Notes: a model not told the origin generated them from the letters alone. A DNA stretch of 64,000 nucleotides from Marsupella aquatica (GCA_973895155.1 OZ316893.1:5408171-5472170), one strand, 5' to 3'. Numbered from the stretch's first letter, positions 27,662 to 40,472 are shown. A program made the numbers and translations.

Positions 27662-29532
27662 CTTGAGGGTTTTGCTTTTATCAAACTCAGGAAATTTGGT
27701 GATCAATAGTGTAGACTGTTTTTTGCTGTTCAAAACCGGGGGTTGGGGGGGGGGGGGCGAGTTCACTTAATTCCACACAAGTGGCACGTCATGTGCAAGA
27801 AGTATAGGGTCATTTAAATCATCTGGAGAAAGACTTATTAGATTGTTAGTGGAAATATATGATTTTTTAATTACAAAATGCATACAAGGCATCATATATG
27901 TGATTGATGTCACACAATTGTTTTTCAAAGCGATTAAAGGGGGTCGTAAATAACCCAAACAGCCGCATGTGATGTATGGCCCTCCACATAGTGGTCTCCT
28001 TGAGTTCAAAATAGTATGAGGAAAGTGACATTTGAGGCAAGACAATATTTTATGGGTCCCATGTGGGGTCCCATGTGTCTGGATTTTGCAAGATGGTCTG
28101 ATTGATACTTGTGCATGACCTAAGTTGGCAGTAGTGGGCCTACCTTGGGCCACTACATAGCGGGCAATATAGTGAGTTGGAGAACTTGGATAACTAAGGC
28201 TGAACTAGTTAAACCACTACTTCGGGTATAAAAGGCACTCTCATACACTCTCAACTCTTGCACACAGGGAAAACAAAAGGTAATGGGCGAACATTGGGCA
28301 GACCAAAAATTCCCGAGAGCAGCGAGGGCTGTCCATTCCAAAAATCACTCTTGGTCAATCAAATCACTTTTATTCTTTTTGTGATTGGTTAGATGAAAAG
28401 GCTTATTCAAGAGACATGACTGTTCATTAAATTTATAAATAAATAACACATTTATGATTTAATTCAATTGTTATGTGTATTTCACTTCAATCTATAAATC
28501 AATTATTTACTATAAATAGTCCACAACAAGGGCCTTTTTCTTCACAGCCACTACTAAAATGAATTTAATTCAATTTTTATTTAAAAAAATATTTATTCCT
28601 TTTTTAAACGGAAAAAACCCAGCCATAGATCTCATTGAGCCCTTTCGTTTGAGCCCTACATCGTCTTCTGCAATGTACAGATGAGATAGCTAGAGGCAAA
28701 AAAAACATTGGATGGCCAGGATAGAAGGAATTCAAATTTTAATAATTAGACAGCCCAGATCTCAGGAATTTGAAATCCACCAATAACGTTGAATATATTT
28801 GTTTTCCTTTTTTCTCCTTGAGTACTTTATGTTTTTGGCTGGAATTTGTACCATCCGTAGATCTCGGTGAGCTCTTTTGCTTGAGCCTTGATCGCATCGA
28901 ATGGTTGAGAATAGATGCAGGGGCGAACGCAAATCCGACGGCTGCTAAGAGGCGCACCTCGCATTTTTGAAGGAGGAATCAGTTCAGTTCAGAATGAGCA
29001 ATCCACATAACGCGGAGTCTCTTGTACAAGGACTTGTGGTTTAAGCACTATCTGGTCAGTTCGTAACTTGTATAACTAAGGCTGAACTAGTTAAGCACTA
29101 TCTGGTCAGTTGGTTTACCAGTTGGCCTGGGCAGACAATGTATTCTTGTATAGTAGGTACAGGTCACTCTACATTTTTATAGTTACATTTAACAGGTTGT
29201 CTCTAATACAGAACAAAATTTTAAAAACTCATGGGTTTCCATTTATAATGTTCTTGAGTATTCCCGTGAGAACTAGTCTATAAAGTTTGGATCGGACCGG
29301 GGATTGGACAAGAGTCCAGGCACAAAGCTCTTCTTGGAGAAGGCTGAACAAGAGTCCAGGCATTCAGCTCATGCCAATGGTGTTGCTTGAGGTTGGGATT
29401 GATCCCGAGCTTGTTGCCAAAGCATTATTGACGGACCATATATCAGTGTGTAACAATGAAAAACGTCGTTACTTTTAGTTAGTTTTTTGTCACAATGTCG
29501 CTGTGTAACCGCCAAGATAGTCACCAACCTGT

Positions 29533-30198
29533 CATCCCAATGCTCTTGTTTTGTCGATGGAGGGTCAGTTCAATCTTTAGCATCCTTCCTATCTTGTTAG
29601 CAAGCGGGTTAGCAAGTTCCTGCAACAAAGGAGATTCAAGCTATCATAGCTTAGCGCTCAGCTAAGGTCAGAACAAGAATGAATTTTGATCTGAGGTCAG
29701 AGGATTCAACTTTGATGCAAGAGAAATTCCTCAAAAAGGATTCGAAAGGATTCGACTCACACTTTGAGGTCAGTGACATCGCATGCAGCCGGGCCTGCAG
29801 CAAAGAAGTTCTTATACCCGGAGACTTGAGTTGTGGACTTTAGATTTAAAAGCCCATCCACAATCACTTGCTTCTTAAGAAACGGCGACTCTTCAATGCA
29901 TTTAATGACCACCTTCTTTCCAACTGCTACAAAATGTATGTCTGCTTTGATTCCAATGTGTTTTGCAGTTTCATAATTGGGAGCAGATAAGTTGTCAAGG
30001 TTTCCAACTCTGTCCTTCAAAATTACATTTACTCTTTTTACTTTGAGTCACTTCTCCATCTTCTTAGAAACTCTGGGGCCTAGAAACTCGAGCACCAAAT
30101 CTCCACAGTGCACTAGAGTGACGGCCTTCTGCAAGAAGTCGGTAACAATTTCTCCACCCACCCAGACCACCTCATGTTTTGAAGGACTGTTCATGAAC
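29533..30198 (-). pseudogene. AIFM2/FSP1-like FAD/NAD(P)H oxidoreductase pseudogene
   Basis: Translation reads GGEIVTDFLQKAVTLVHCGDLVLEFLGPRVSKKMEK*LKVKRVNVILKDRV...IKADIHFVAVG...QVSGYKNFFAAG...DVTDLK. It has a TGA at 30050-30048 where Trp is expected, an eroded GGGxxG motif, and a DLK|E splice junction to an exon remnant at 29619 containing a frameshifted IDKTRALG C-terminal motif. Confidence 0.75.
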
Positions 30199-32893
30199 TA
30201 ACAATATAGAATCGCCGATACATATTGAGGACATACATCTAGAAGGTGCGTGAGAACTGAGATCACTACTGGAAATTGAAGTGCTCTCTCTTCAACATGC
30301 AATGGTCATTGCAAGCATCCTGCTAATGCATAAACTTCTTCGCAGGCTTTGAACTCTCCACAATTTTGGAGATGACAATGAGGCCAAATGCTTGAGTTTG
30401 CTTGAAGTGACTCATGGTAACAAGTTAATAATTCCTGAAATGGCTGTATAGTACTGTGCGAGAAAGTGACTCCTGAATTACAACTGATGCTTCTACAATC
30501 GGACCAGCTCTATCGCGCTGTCAGTAGTGTCCAACTGAGCTCCGTGCTGACTAAAATAGACGAGATGTAGTAAGGACGCTCCTGAACACCTTAGCTAAGA
30601 CAATTTTCTTGATGAAGAAACGGCAGCATACAAAATGAGCACGGAAATGCTTGAATCACTTTGTTTACTACTTGGTCAAATTTACTTTAATTTGATTGTA
30701 GATACAACTAATGTCGAGGAAAAGGCTTGACACTGGGTTAGATTCACCTAGATCCCAAGACCCAGTTAGTAATCATTAAGGAAATTCGCGCCTCTTCTAC
30801 AGGATCCGGATTCCAATCGAGATCCGGCTAAGTATCTATTCGGCTACATTGCCCTGAAGCTCAAGGTCGTGGCTAGTACTTCGGCAGGAATTGTCACCTA
30901 CAAGTATGCAAGTTGTTGGACGTTTCAAATGAACGAATGGGTTCCATTTCATTCGATAAACCCAAAGCAGGTGCTAGACCTGTCGACCAGGTTCTTCTCT
31001 GCAATGGTTTCCTGCTCTTGGATTAGAAGACACTCATGATTGTTTTATGCACTGTCCAATTCAGCTTTCTTCTACCTGGAAAAGGTATTGTTTCAGAGCT
31101 GGACGAATGTCTAAGGGCTGGGATATGGAACAAAGAATAACCCTCTACTTCGATCCCGCTGCTCAATTCCACAACTACGGCATAGTATGGAACAAAGAGT
31201 GCCTCACTTTGTAAGTCACCTTCAATTATTTCAATCTTCGTCCCAGTAGAATGTCACTCGTCACTTATGACTCCTGATGATGGATTTGGAGCTATATATT
31301 TCATTGGCATATATTTTGATGGGTTTTAATATTGCTCGTGTTGAATCGCCCCATTCCCTTCTGCTTACATTCGTTTTTCTGAGTGCACTCAATGCGTTGC
31401 AGTCTGTCTGTCTCTTCCATCAGTGCCACTAGTGTCAACTGTTCAGGAACTAAGACGGAATAATAAATATGTTAGGTCCAAAAAGACCTCATCCGACCCT
31501 TGGACCAACAGGAATGTCCCAGAGCCGAAATATGGGCAGCGACTTCAGGAGATAAACAAAAGGGCAGATCCGGATCCCCGTTCTCAACTACAACTCATTG
31601 ACATAAATAACCCTTTTCTGGCCGGCGCAACAGTGTTAGAAATTGAAAAGCTGATTGGCCAACTTAAATTTTTATAATCTCAGGGAATATAGCATACACG
31701 AAGATTTGAGATTTGCAAAGAGGCTAATGATGACTGGCTTCGTTGCGGAAGCTTTTCGACTGCTGACCTTTGCAACTATCAAAGAGGTGCGTGAGGGCGT
31801 ATGGTTGCACACAGTAGCTATTGTAACTAATTGAGGCGGGGCTCTACAATTATTTTTCTAGGTCTCTCTTTTCTAGATCTCTCGTTTCTAGGTCTCTCTC
31901 TGGGAGAGACCGTCTACAGCTTTAGGCATAATTACCATGGTCACATCCTTACAGTTACAACAAGCTTATGATGTGTGATTATCCTATGCTAAGATAGCAA
32001 TCCTTAATCCGGGCACCGGACCTGAATTCAAATTCTACCAGGGTCATGGGTAGAATTACCTACACCAGGTTATCAACTTTTGCGAAGAAGAAGACCTCGA
32101 TCAAACAGCTGTGTTCCATCCCTTTTGATGAGAAAACCTGCACAAGCCAGAAAACCATTAGCTCGTGGTTAGATATTGGATTTGCTATTGCTATTATAAT
32201 TATTGCTGTTATTTCCAAAAGCCGGCCTCATAACTTCGGGCGTACGTGACAATACGTGATCAACCACTATTCTCAACAACACTTTGACTGCCCAGTTTCA
32301 TCAGAGCAAGCAAGGTCTCTGACAATCCGGGGACTCTGCCTTGCTGGAATTTTACTTCTTACAACTTCATGTCGAATTGATTCTGTGCAACAGCTTAGAG
32401 AAGAGGTGCTGCTCTTAATGCATCGAATGATATAGACCTCCTCTTTGAAAAAAACTCACATATGATAGCATGAATAAGGATATTCGTCCTATCACTGGAA
32501 CACTGAAATTGCCAGGCATAATCCTATTGTGTAAGCTTGCGGATGATTCATGGCTAGTTTATTGACACGAAAATAATGTAGAATTGATCTGTATCGATTC
32601 TTCAATTTCTAGTCTTCATTGACGCAAAACAATGAGATTCTGGAGCGAAAGAGGTTGTTTCAATAGACTCTCATGTGTGCCACACAACGTATTCAAATGT
32701 GGTTAACAGTCATGATAATATGCAATCTAAGATATTCCTGACAACATGTCATACGTGTGATGAAAAATGGAAACGTCGGAGGTTCAGTTGGCCTTGTGAT
32801 TAAAGAGCGCGGAAGCTACCTTTAAAAGTATTGTAACTTACCAAACGGCTCTCTCCAAGTTGTTCTCCTTCTTGTTTCTCTGTTTCTTTCCCA

Positions 32894-34354
32894 TTATTCA
32901 TCCACAAAGTACCGATAACAACTTTTGATCTTTCTCCCAGATGCTGTTCGAGAAACCAGAAACTGCTGCGTTTTCACCATTGTCTCTAGCTCCTTATCCA
33001 CCTGGGCATTAGTCCCACCCTTGCTGATCCTCAATTGCTCCTGGTCGTCTGGGAGAAGTAGAGCTTGGAGGGCAGATACCGCCGGGGAACCAAAGGAAGC
33101 AATTTCGGAAAGAAGTGGTGGATTGAGCATCCACAGACTCGATGGAGTTCTATCGAACAGTGAAGAGCTGTTGGTAGCTGTCTGTGGGACATTCCAAAGA
33201 GCATTAGCTATCACTTCCCCAAGATCAGCCATGACTTTGTCTGCAACATCGTCGTACTCGTACACGTCATCATTCACAATTTCATTCCTATTTGTGTAGA
33301 TGACTGCAGTTAAGAAGAAGCTCTGACCTGTCTCTATGTCCAATACGTAGGCATTGTCTATTGTGAACCCATAGGCACGTCCAATCTTATTGTAGATGCG
33401 GATCGCCCCCTTACTTCTCACTCGCGCAACCCCAGGCAAGAAAAATTTGCCGTAGTCATCCGGATATTCAGCTCTGTCATAGCAAGGATTGGACGATGAT
33501 GCTGGATACTGGCTCATGGCTTCCAATAACATCATTCGGACGTCTCCACCAGTTTTGAAACCATGAGTCCCTGCTGGTTTCAGCACCTCAACGTCAGGCC
33601 GCACCAACTGCACAAGTAGATTTTGCAGGTCCATTAAACTGATGTGATTTTTCAATGAGAAATCCATTGGCTCCCCGATCAGCTCTCCATGTTCGGTCAA
33701 ATGGGCGTTACCCACTAAGACCCCCGGTATGGATCCATTATCTGGCACCTGAAGTTCACTTCTCTTTGGAGCCAGAACGTATGGAATACCATTCACATTC
33801 ACTTCAACTGGTTCACAGCAATGGTTCACAGAAAGTGGCAGATCAATTGAAAGGCGATGATGCAACCTTACGTTTTTAAAGCCCTTGTCCCACATGATCT
33901 GATTGAGAGACCGGTGGCCCACAACAGCATAGAGGCGGTTGAAAGCCTCATTGTCTGAAACCAAGAACAATTTCCGAATCTCGTGCGCAAGAGTAATCTT
34001 ATGCTCGTTCAAGTTTGTTGGATCATACTTCTTTTCTTCATCGTCCTCAAGAAGCGGGTAAAAACATATCGGAGTGGCCAAATGAAACTCTCGATATTCA
34101 GGCAAACCATACCGTTCTTCAAGCTTTTCAGCGGCGGCCACAACTGCAGCCAGCTTGATTGCGCTCGCTGGATAGAAGTACACTGCATCCACACGGTACC
34201 CATGGCGCACGAGCTTCCTCTGGCCGAATGGGTGGCGCTCCACTTGAGAAAGCAGCACCTGGAAGCGAAACTGTGCAGCATTTTGAAGGACATGCCCAAA
34301 TTTATCCGGGTGAGCAACCAATATCCTTTCAAGCAGGCCCCCTCCTTCCTCCAT
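32894..34354 (-). CDS. Serine hydrolase of the class A beta-lactamase/penicillin-binding protein fold (Beta-lactamase2-like), 486 aa, intronless ORF
   Basis: The three active-site motifs appear in canonical order: YFYPAS64AIK67 (SxxK), LVS133DN135EAFNRLY (SDN) and IYNK323IG325RAYG (KTG-like). They are followed by FTIDNAYVLD...FFLTAVIYTN.NEIVNDDVYEY and a ~100-aa S/P-rich C-terminal tail. Confidence 0.85.
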   Translation of the reverse strand: MEEGGGLLERILVAHPDKFGHVLQNAAQFRFQVLLSQVERHPFGQRKLVRHGYRVDAVYFYPASAIKLAAVVAAAEKLEERYGLPEYREFHLATPICFYPLLEDDEEKKYDPTNLNEHKITLAHEIRKLFLVSDNEAFNRLYAVVGHRSLNQIMWDKGFKNVRLHHRLSIDLPLSVNHCCEPVEVNVNGIPYVLAPKRSELQVPDNGSIPGVLVGNAHLTEHGELIGEPMDFSLKNHISLMDLQNLLVQLVRPDVEVLKPAGTHGFKTGGDVRMMLLEAMSQYPASSSNPCYDRAEYPDDYGKFFLPGVARVRSKGAIRIYNKIGRAYGFTIDNAYVLDIETGQSFFLTAVIYTNRNEIVNDDVYEYDDVADKVMADLGEVIANALWNVPQTATNSSSLFDRTPSSLWMLNPPLLSEIASFGSPAVSALQALLLPDDQEQLRISKGGTNAQVDKELETMVKTQQFLVSRTASGRKIKSCYRYFVDE

Positions 34355-37300
34355 GGTATACTACATTAGGGCTGCCTGATCATGTACACCTAAGGCTGTG
34401 AATAATCCCCCCTGTTATTGTAAACCTGTGATCATGAGCTTACCGATTGGATTTTTTTTCTGGTTGAGGAAGAGGCCGTGGATTTTGACGAGCTTAATCT
34501 TTCTCAAACACAACGGATGGTCATGCATTCAGAACATCCATTGCTCAATTCAGACCCAAAATTCAATTCTAGCCACGCCAGTTCGGCTATAAGTGCAACA
34601 CCGTCGAATCTTGTTCATCCTAACACAACCTAGGATATTTGGACCGGGATATCCACTTGGGATAGGGGAGTGCTTCTGAGAACAAAATGGAATCCAACCC
34701 GCAGCTCTTTTGTCACCGAAAGTTCACTCTGCAATCTTGCCCCTGCGCTCGGACTAGAAATAGGTGCAACAGACTGTTTGACCTAATCGGAGCTCAAGTA
34801 AGATCAAACAGTGCCAGAGACAGACCGATGGAGTCTGACAGCAATTCAGCCGGCAAAAGCATGAGTTCTACTGGCCATCAAGTTTAGTTACAAAGGCAGG
34901 GCTCACCATCGATAGCAAGCAGCTGCAGCTATCTACGACAGAGATCGCCGCTGACACTCAAATTGCTGACCGTAGTTCGACTGCTAACAAATTTGGCTGT
35001 CATTCAGCGGCTTTCTCTGCAAATTCTAATAAATTTCACAATGGAGTGGAACTTCATGGCTCGTTTGGTCGAGAGCTGAAACTCACCGTCAGAGTTTTCC
35101 TGCCCGAGGAGCTCGATGCGAGCAGGTAGGCGAACTTGTGGGATTCTGCAAAGCCGGCACTCAGTGGGTCAAGTCCACTCTTCAGTGGAGTTGTAATTGG
35201 AGAATTGATTCCTGTGGACAGTTCCTGAAGCCCAGCGCGCGTTCCATTTAGGTGACAGAAGAGTGACATACCTCCACATTTTGTGAGTGTCAAGTATATG
35301 ATTTATGTATACAGCAAAGTACTGATTACAAGGCATTGTGGTATATAATGCCCTGCAAAACGAGAACTTCTACTCGAGTTTTGAGAAGCTATTGTATAAG
35401 GTTCTACTCGAGTTTTGAGGCGCTATTATATAAGGCTCTGGTAACATGAACTCCATCCGTGGCTAGCCATGACAACACCTGGGTACATCAGGTTTCACCA
35501 TTAAAAGTGCCTTTTATCCTGAAATGGTGGAGCAAACTGGCACAATAGAGGAAAGAGTAAAGGAGAATCAGAGTGATAATCCGACTTATTTATGGTGAGT
35601 GGTGAATTAATACACTTAAAGACTCAGGAGATTTTTCTTTTCAGTAATTTTGTCAAAAGGATAACAGAAGGATTGTCAAGGGGTGTGTATTCTTACAATC
35701 TCCAAAGTACTTGTTTCAGACTTCCAACACTCTCTAAAGAAACTGACCAAATAGACTAAATATGCATTTGGCAGGGCCAAAAGAAATAAACAAAAGCTCG
35801 GATGGACTCAGACATTGTCCTTGCCTGTCTCCATGGACTGTGTAAAGCATTTGTTGTTTCACACCAAAAAGAAAACAAAACCGGTCGTAGATTGTAGTTG
35901 ACAACTTTGTCTACCTTGGGGAGAAGGTAGTCAAGTCATCATGGAGATCCTGAATGATGGCGTCTTGACATCTTTCAGGTTCAAGGTCCTCAAGTCATTA
36001 AGTTACCAAGTAAACCAGGTTGGTGATGTAGTTGAAACTGGCTACAAAGGGTAAGAAGACTGTTTAGAGGTCACATTTCACTCCAAAGTGTAAACAGTGT
36101 TATTTGAGTCAATTTAAATGTACATCTGGGCTTCATAGTCAAAGCGGAGGTACATCTAGCTTTATTGGCTGAAGTATGTTTAGCTATGTGATGGGGTCCC
36201 AAAAAAAGCACCCAAGATATTGTTATCAAAAATACATACGACTGCAATCTTGGATTGAATTAATGGACTTCTATACAATTTCCCTTGTTCTAAGGAGACC
36301 AAAAAAATACAATGTATTGTACACAATATTTGTATTCAGTCAAGATCATGATGGCTTGAGAGGAAAGAGATGAGGGGAACATGTAATGATTTGTTTTAAT
36401 AATTTGTTTTTTCTTTTTCACTTTGTTCAGCCTAATGTGCCCAAACCCCTTTGGTCACGGGCCTGGTAAACATTGGAATAAATTGAATAACTAACCTACA
36501 AAAGATTTTTAAAAATCTGAAGTGTAGTTCCCTCCAGTGAATAGTAAAGAATTCCGATTCATGTGTGCATCCAAAATAGCGTAAGCTGAGCTCAAATGAA
36601 CGCTTCTCGGTTGGTGAGCTTTTCATTGGGCTAAGGGTGTCTCCCAAATTCTCCAGAGCTCCATGAATCTCGATATATTGTCTTAAAGATACAATCGCGA
36701 CAGGAGAATGATGTCTCGAACGGCGTTGCAGATCTCAACGACGTGTCTTTGGATGACGACTAGAACGTTCTGTCCTCTCATGACGAGTCACGCATAAATT
36801 ATGTTTGTGTTCTCATAGGGTTCTCAGTTTTTTTCGAGTAAACCAATCTACTGAAATGGGAGCTGTGCAGCCATAGCAGTCAGTGACCAGCTCGACTACT
36901 GTAAAAGCTCATCAGCCTCCTCGCATGCCTTTATCCCAGACACCATTGTAATCCGTAAAATACTGAATCCGTGCGAGCACTTGTAATAGTTGTACTCTAG
37001 GATTGTTACTCTCGCAAGTTAACCTTGGCGAAGATCGTCGACGCCCAGTCACGTGCTTTGCATACATGCTTGTTTCTTTTCCTCACCAACCGACTGTCTA
37101 TTCGATTTTCTATCGAGCTGGAGTGAACATATTTAGAACAGTTTTCTTTATCTTGCTAGTTAATGGCTTGCAGATTTTTATCAAGAATTTCAGACGATTT
37201 GGTCAATTGGCTAGCTTTCTAAAGTGGCCCACGAAAACTCATGAGACGAACTTGGCGATACTTTCAAATGGAGAAGCCATAATTTCTCATAATCAACACA

Positions 37301-38585
37301 AATCTGGATCACTACAGAATAGAAGTATCACCGTACTACTGGAGTGTGACCACTACAGACGAAATTTCAGATGAATTATCCAACGCCTAGTTATGCTGAA
37401 CGACTTGATTTCTCCAATTTGTTTGTTTAGTGCGAATTGGGTGTGCTCGTTACTCTCATGGACATCGTCCTAACCATACAGTAGCTGTTAAATGGGTGCA
37501 CATTAAAGTTACACATACAGATGTGCGATTTGTGTGTGTTCGTTGCTCTCATAGATTCTGGCCTGTCCTCGGTAGTTTACGTCAGAGGTACCAACAACCA
37601 GCATTTCACAGTTCTTCATTTATTTGACTCTTTTTCAATACTTCGGCTGCAAGGTCATCCACAGTATTAGAATTTCATGGGCCGCATTCATACGTTCTCT
37701 ACACAGGGAAGATTTGGTTTGGGCATACAAAGAAGTAGCATATGAGTCCCTTTGGATTCAAAGCCATAAATTAGACGTTGACAAAAATAGCTAGTCATGT
37801 TTTCACTCGACTGTCCCCGCTTAAGATGATCTGTCTCGAACTGATTCAGAATCGCAAGTGACTACTGACCTAACAAATAGTCAGGGTTCAAATCGATAAA
37901 TCAGTGAATAATTATCCATCATTGTGTTATATAGGATCGATAGCCGCCTTAAAACTTCTCAACCAATTCTGAAACTCATCGACGCTGTTAATAATGAGTT
38001 CACTCCGATAAGGAGAGTTCCCTCCGATAGCTAGGTTGATCGATTGAAAGATGTTTGAAATTAAGTTAGTGGGGTACACAGAAATTCGAACCTCAATAAC
38101 GATGAGTCACTCGGCACATTCAATCTGTCGAAAAATCATAAGTGGAAATACATGTCCAAAATGGAGCCCGGCGGTACATTACTGCAAAGTGCAATTTCAC
38201 AGATCTCGAGCTGTAGGACAAAAATAGCAACCGCAACGCTGATAATGTCTTTATTCAAAAATTTTCATCAGTTTCCATGCCCATCAGTGTTGCGCGACAA
38301 AGTCGTGACACGGTCATTCCTACTTGAATTGAAGGACTCAAAACAACAATCGTGCGAGCATACAATGTGGCGCCTCTGCGAAACAAGCTTAAGACTTCTT
38401 CTGTGATATTCAAAGATCCAAAAATCGTACAAACCCGCCAATGGCGGACATTTTGGCCATACCAAAAACTACGAAGCACATGCGACGAACCGCATGATGT
38501 GATCAGTGCATCGACCGACTGTGAAACCGTAGCTATGGAACTATCTAACCAGACACCTATTGTGAACTGATCGTCGGCAGATCGA

Positions 38586-39167
38586 TCAGCCCAAGTTGTT
38601 CTGGGAGATGTTGAAGTACTTCATGTTTGGGAAAGTCGTGGTCGGAGTCGAATAGCAGCCGGGCAAAGCGCCGCTCAACTGGTTGTCAAAAAAGTCGAAA
38701 GTAAGGAGCTGACCTAGCTGGCAGAGTTCTTTCGGGAGACCACCAACAATGTTACATGACTCGAGGCTAAGGACTGACATAGTGGTCATGGTCGCCCAAG
38801 ATGGAGGGATTTCCCCGTTGAAGGCCACATTCTTCATGGTCAAATTCTGCAAATAATTCAAACCAGTGAGGGCGGTTCCCATGTAGTAGGGGCTATTGTT
38901 CGGAGGGTAAGGCGGGTTCTGATCGATATTCTGGATATTCAGATCAGTCACATGACCATTGCCGTCGCACGTCACTCCATTCCAGGTGCAACAGTCCGTA
39001 CCATCAATCCACGTATCGAACTCCTTTCTAGCGTAGACGAACTCACGGCAGAAGTAGAGCAGCGCAGAGTTATCAGTAGAGTCGCACGTTGCCGCTGTGG
39101 CAACCTCGACGCTAACTGAAAGAAGTATGCAGAGCACGACAACTTTCCCAGGGCTACCCATGGTCAT
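38586..39167 (-). CDS. Secreted leucine-rich-repeat protein (signal peptide + LRRNT_2 + ~3-4 LRRs; PGIP/RLP-like, possibly truncated)
   Basis: Hydrophobic leader VVVLCILLSVSVEVATA; CDSTDNSALLYF...WIDGTDCCTWNGVTCDGNGHVTDL cap; plant LRRs (LQNLTMKNVAFNGEIPPSW, LSLESCNIVGGLPKELCQL, FDFFDNQLSGALP, FNISQNNLG*). Confidence 0.85.
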   Translation of the reverse strand: MTMGSPGKVVVLCILLSVSVEVATAATCDSTDNSALLYFCREFVYARKEFDTWIDGTDCCTWNGVTCDGNGHVTDLNIQNIDQNPPYPPNNSPYYMGTALTGLNYLQNLTMKNVAFNGEIPPSWATMTTMSVLSLESCNIVGGLPKELCQLGQLLTFDFFDNQLSGALPGCYSTPTTTFPNMKYFNISQNNLG

Positions 39168-40439
39168 TCTCACGATGAGGCTACGAAACTGTCAGCAAGA
39201 ATAATCAAAAAATTAGATGCAAATTTTCGTCAGTTTCCATAGCTCGTACCTGCATTACAACCCATCCACCTGAAACATTGCGTCAATCAGAAACCAACTC
39301 TATTTCGATGAATACAACACTGATAGTCAGCGGACACAAAAACACTACTCAGCCATGACATGTCGCCTTCCAAAATCGTATCAGCATGATGAAGGAGACC
39401 CACCTACAATCTAGCACAACGCATCGAAACTCGACATCAAGTTCATCTAACCTGGATCCAGTTTTCACTGTGCAATGGTGCTTCTCCTACGAGCTCAGGT
39501 GAAGCATTCGGTGAGTGGGATCGATGGATCGTCCGCTAGACAACTATCCTAGTCCTGGCCGGACCGCTACGAGCAAACTGGTTTCTGAAACAGGAGTGGC
39601 TGAATATCAGAGGCACTGAAGTTATATATTTCTGTCGGTCTCTCAATTGGAAATCGAAGGAGCAGCTGGAGAGTCGTTCGTGATCTCTTGCGCGCCGCAG
39701 TCCTCCCACATCCGCACGCTGTACTCTTCTACTCCGTTTGGATCTCCCCGAAAAAGTCAAAGTGGGCAGTAGCATCTCGGCCCAGCCTAGAGAATCCTTT
39801 CTTGGGTGGCTCGGCAACCACCGAACCGCCTAGCATAGCAGAAGGGGGCTACTACGGAAATTAGCGTGGACTCCGGGCAACATCCGCCCATGGCACGGGG
39901 CTAATTACTGCCCAGCTGACTGGGAAGCGCCGGTTCCACCAATCTTTCCAATCTTCGTGCGTGACAGCAGGATGCTACTGCTAGTCGTACGCCTGTACTC
40001 AGCGTGATGTTTGGTTCGCCGTTGGTTCGCTATCAATAGCACCAAGACAGTAGCCTGAGCTGATACGATCAATTACGATCAGGTCCAAAAAGTCGCACCC
40101 CCCAATTTGCATTGGGAGTACATTATTACTGTCAGTGTCGTAGAAATGAATGCCTGACTATTTTATCAACAATGGCAGCTGGAACGCTGGATGGATCCAT
40201 TCGGGAAGGTCTCACTTGGGGAGCGTGAGGTCCAGAAACTACGCTGACTTGCATGTCTTCAATACGCAAGATTTGCAATTTGCAAAGTCGACTCCACTAG
40301 TGCACAGTTGTGGCAGGCCTCCGACACGCTGCTACGATTTGCAAGTCTACTCCATGAGTTATGTGCACATATCAATTTGGAGAAATAACCAACTCTCCAA
40401 GTGGCAACTTTTTACCATCTACCTACAGTATGTATGTAT

Positions 40440-40472
40440 GAATCGAATCGAATCGAATCGAATCGAATCGAA
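40440..40472. repeat. (GAATC)n microsatellite
   Basis: Perfect pentanucleotide run. Confidence 0.95.

Noticed and set aside
30048-30050. TGA as selenocysteine or readthrough in the oxidoreductase
   Set aside because: It aligns to a Trp position (TGG>TGA), and other lesions show general decay.
32925-34401. Plus-strand and alternate-frame ORFs overlapping the serine hydrolase
   Set aside because: They are shadow ORFs of a real gene and have no motifs.
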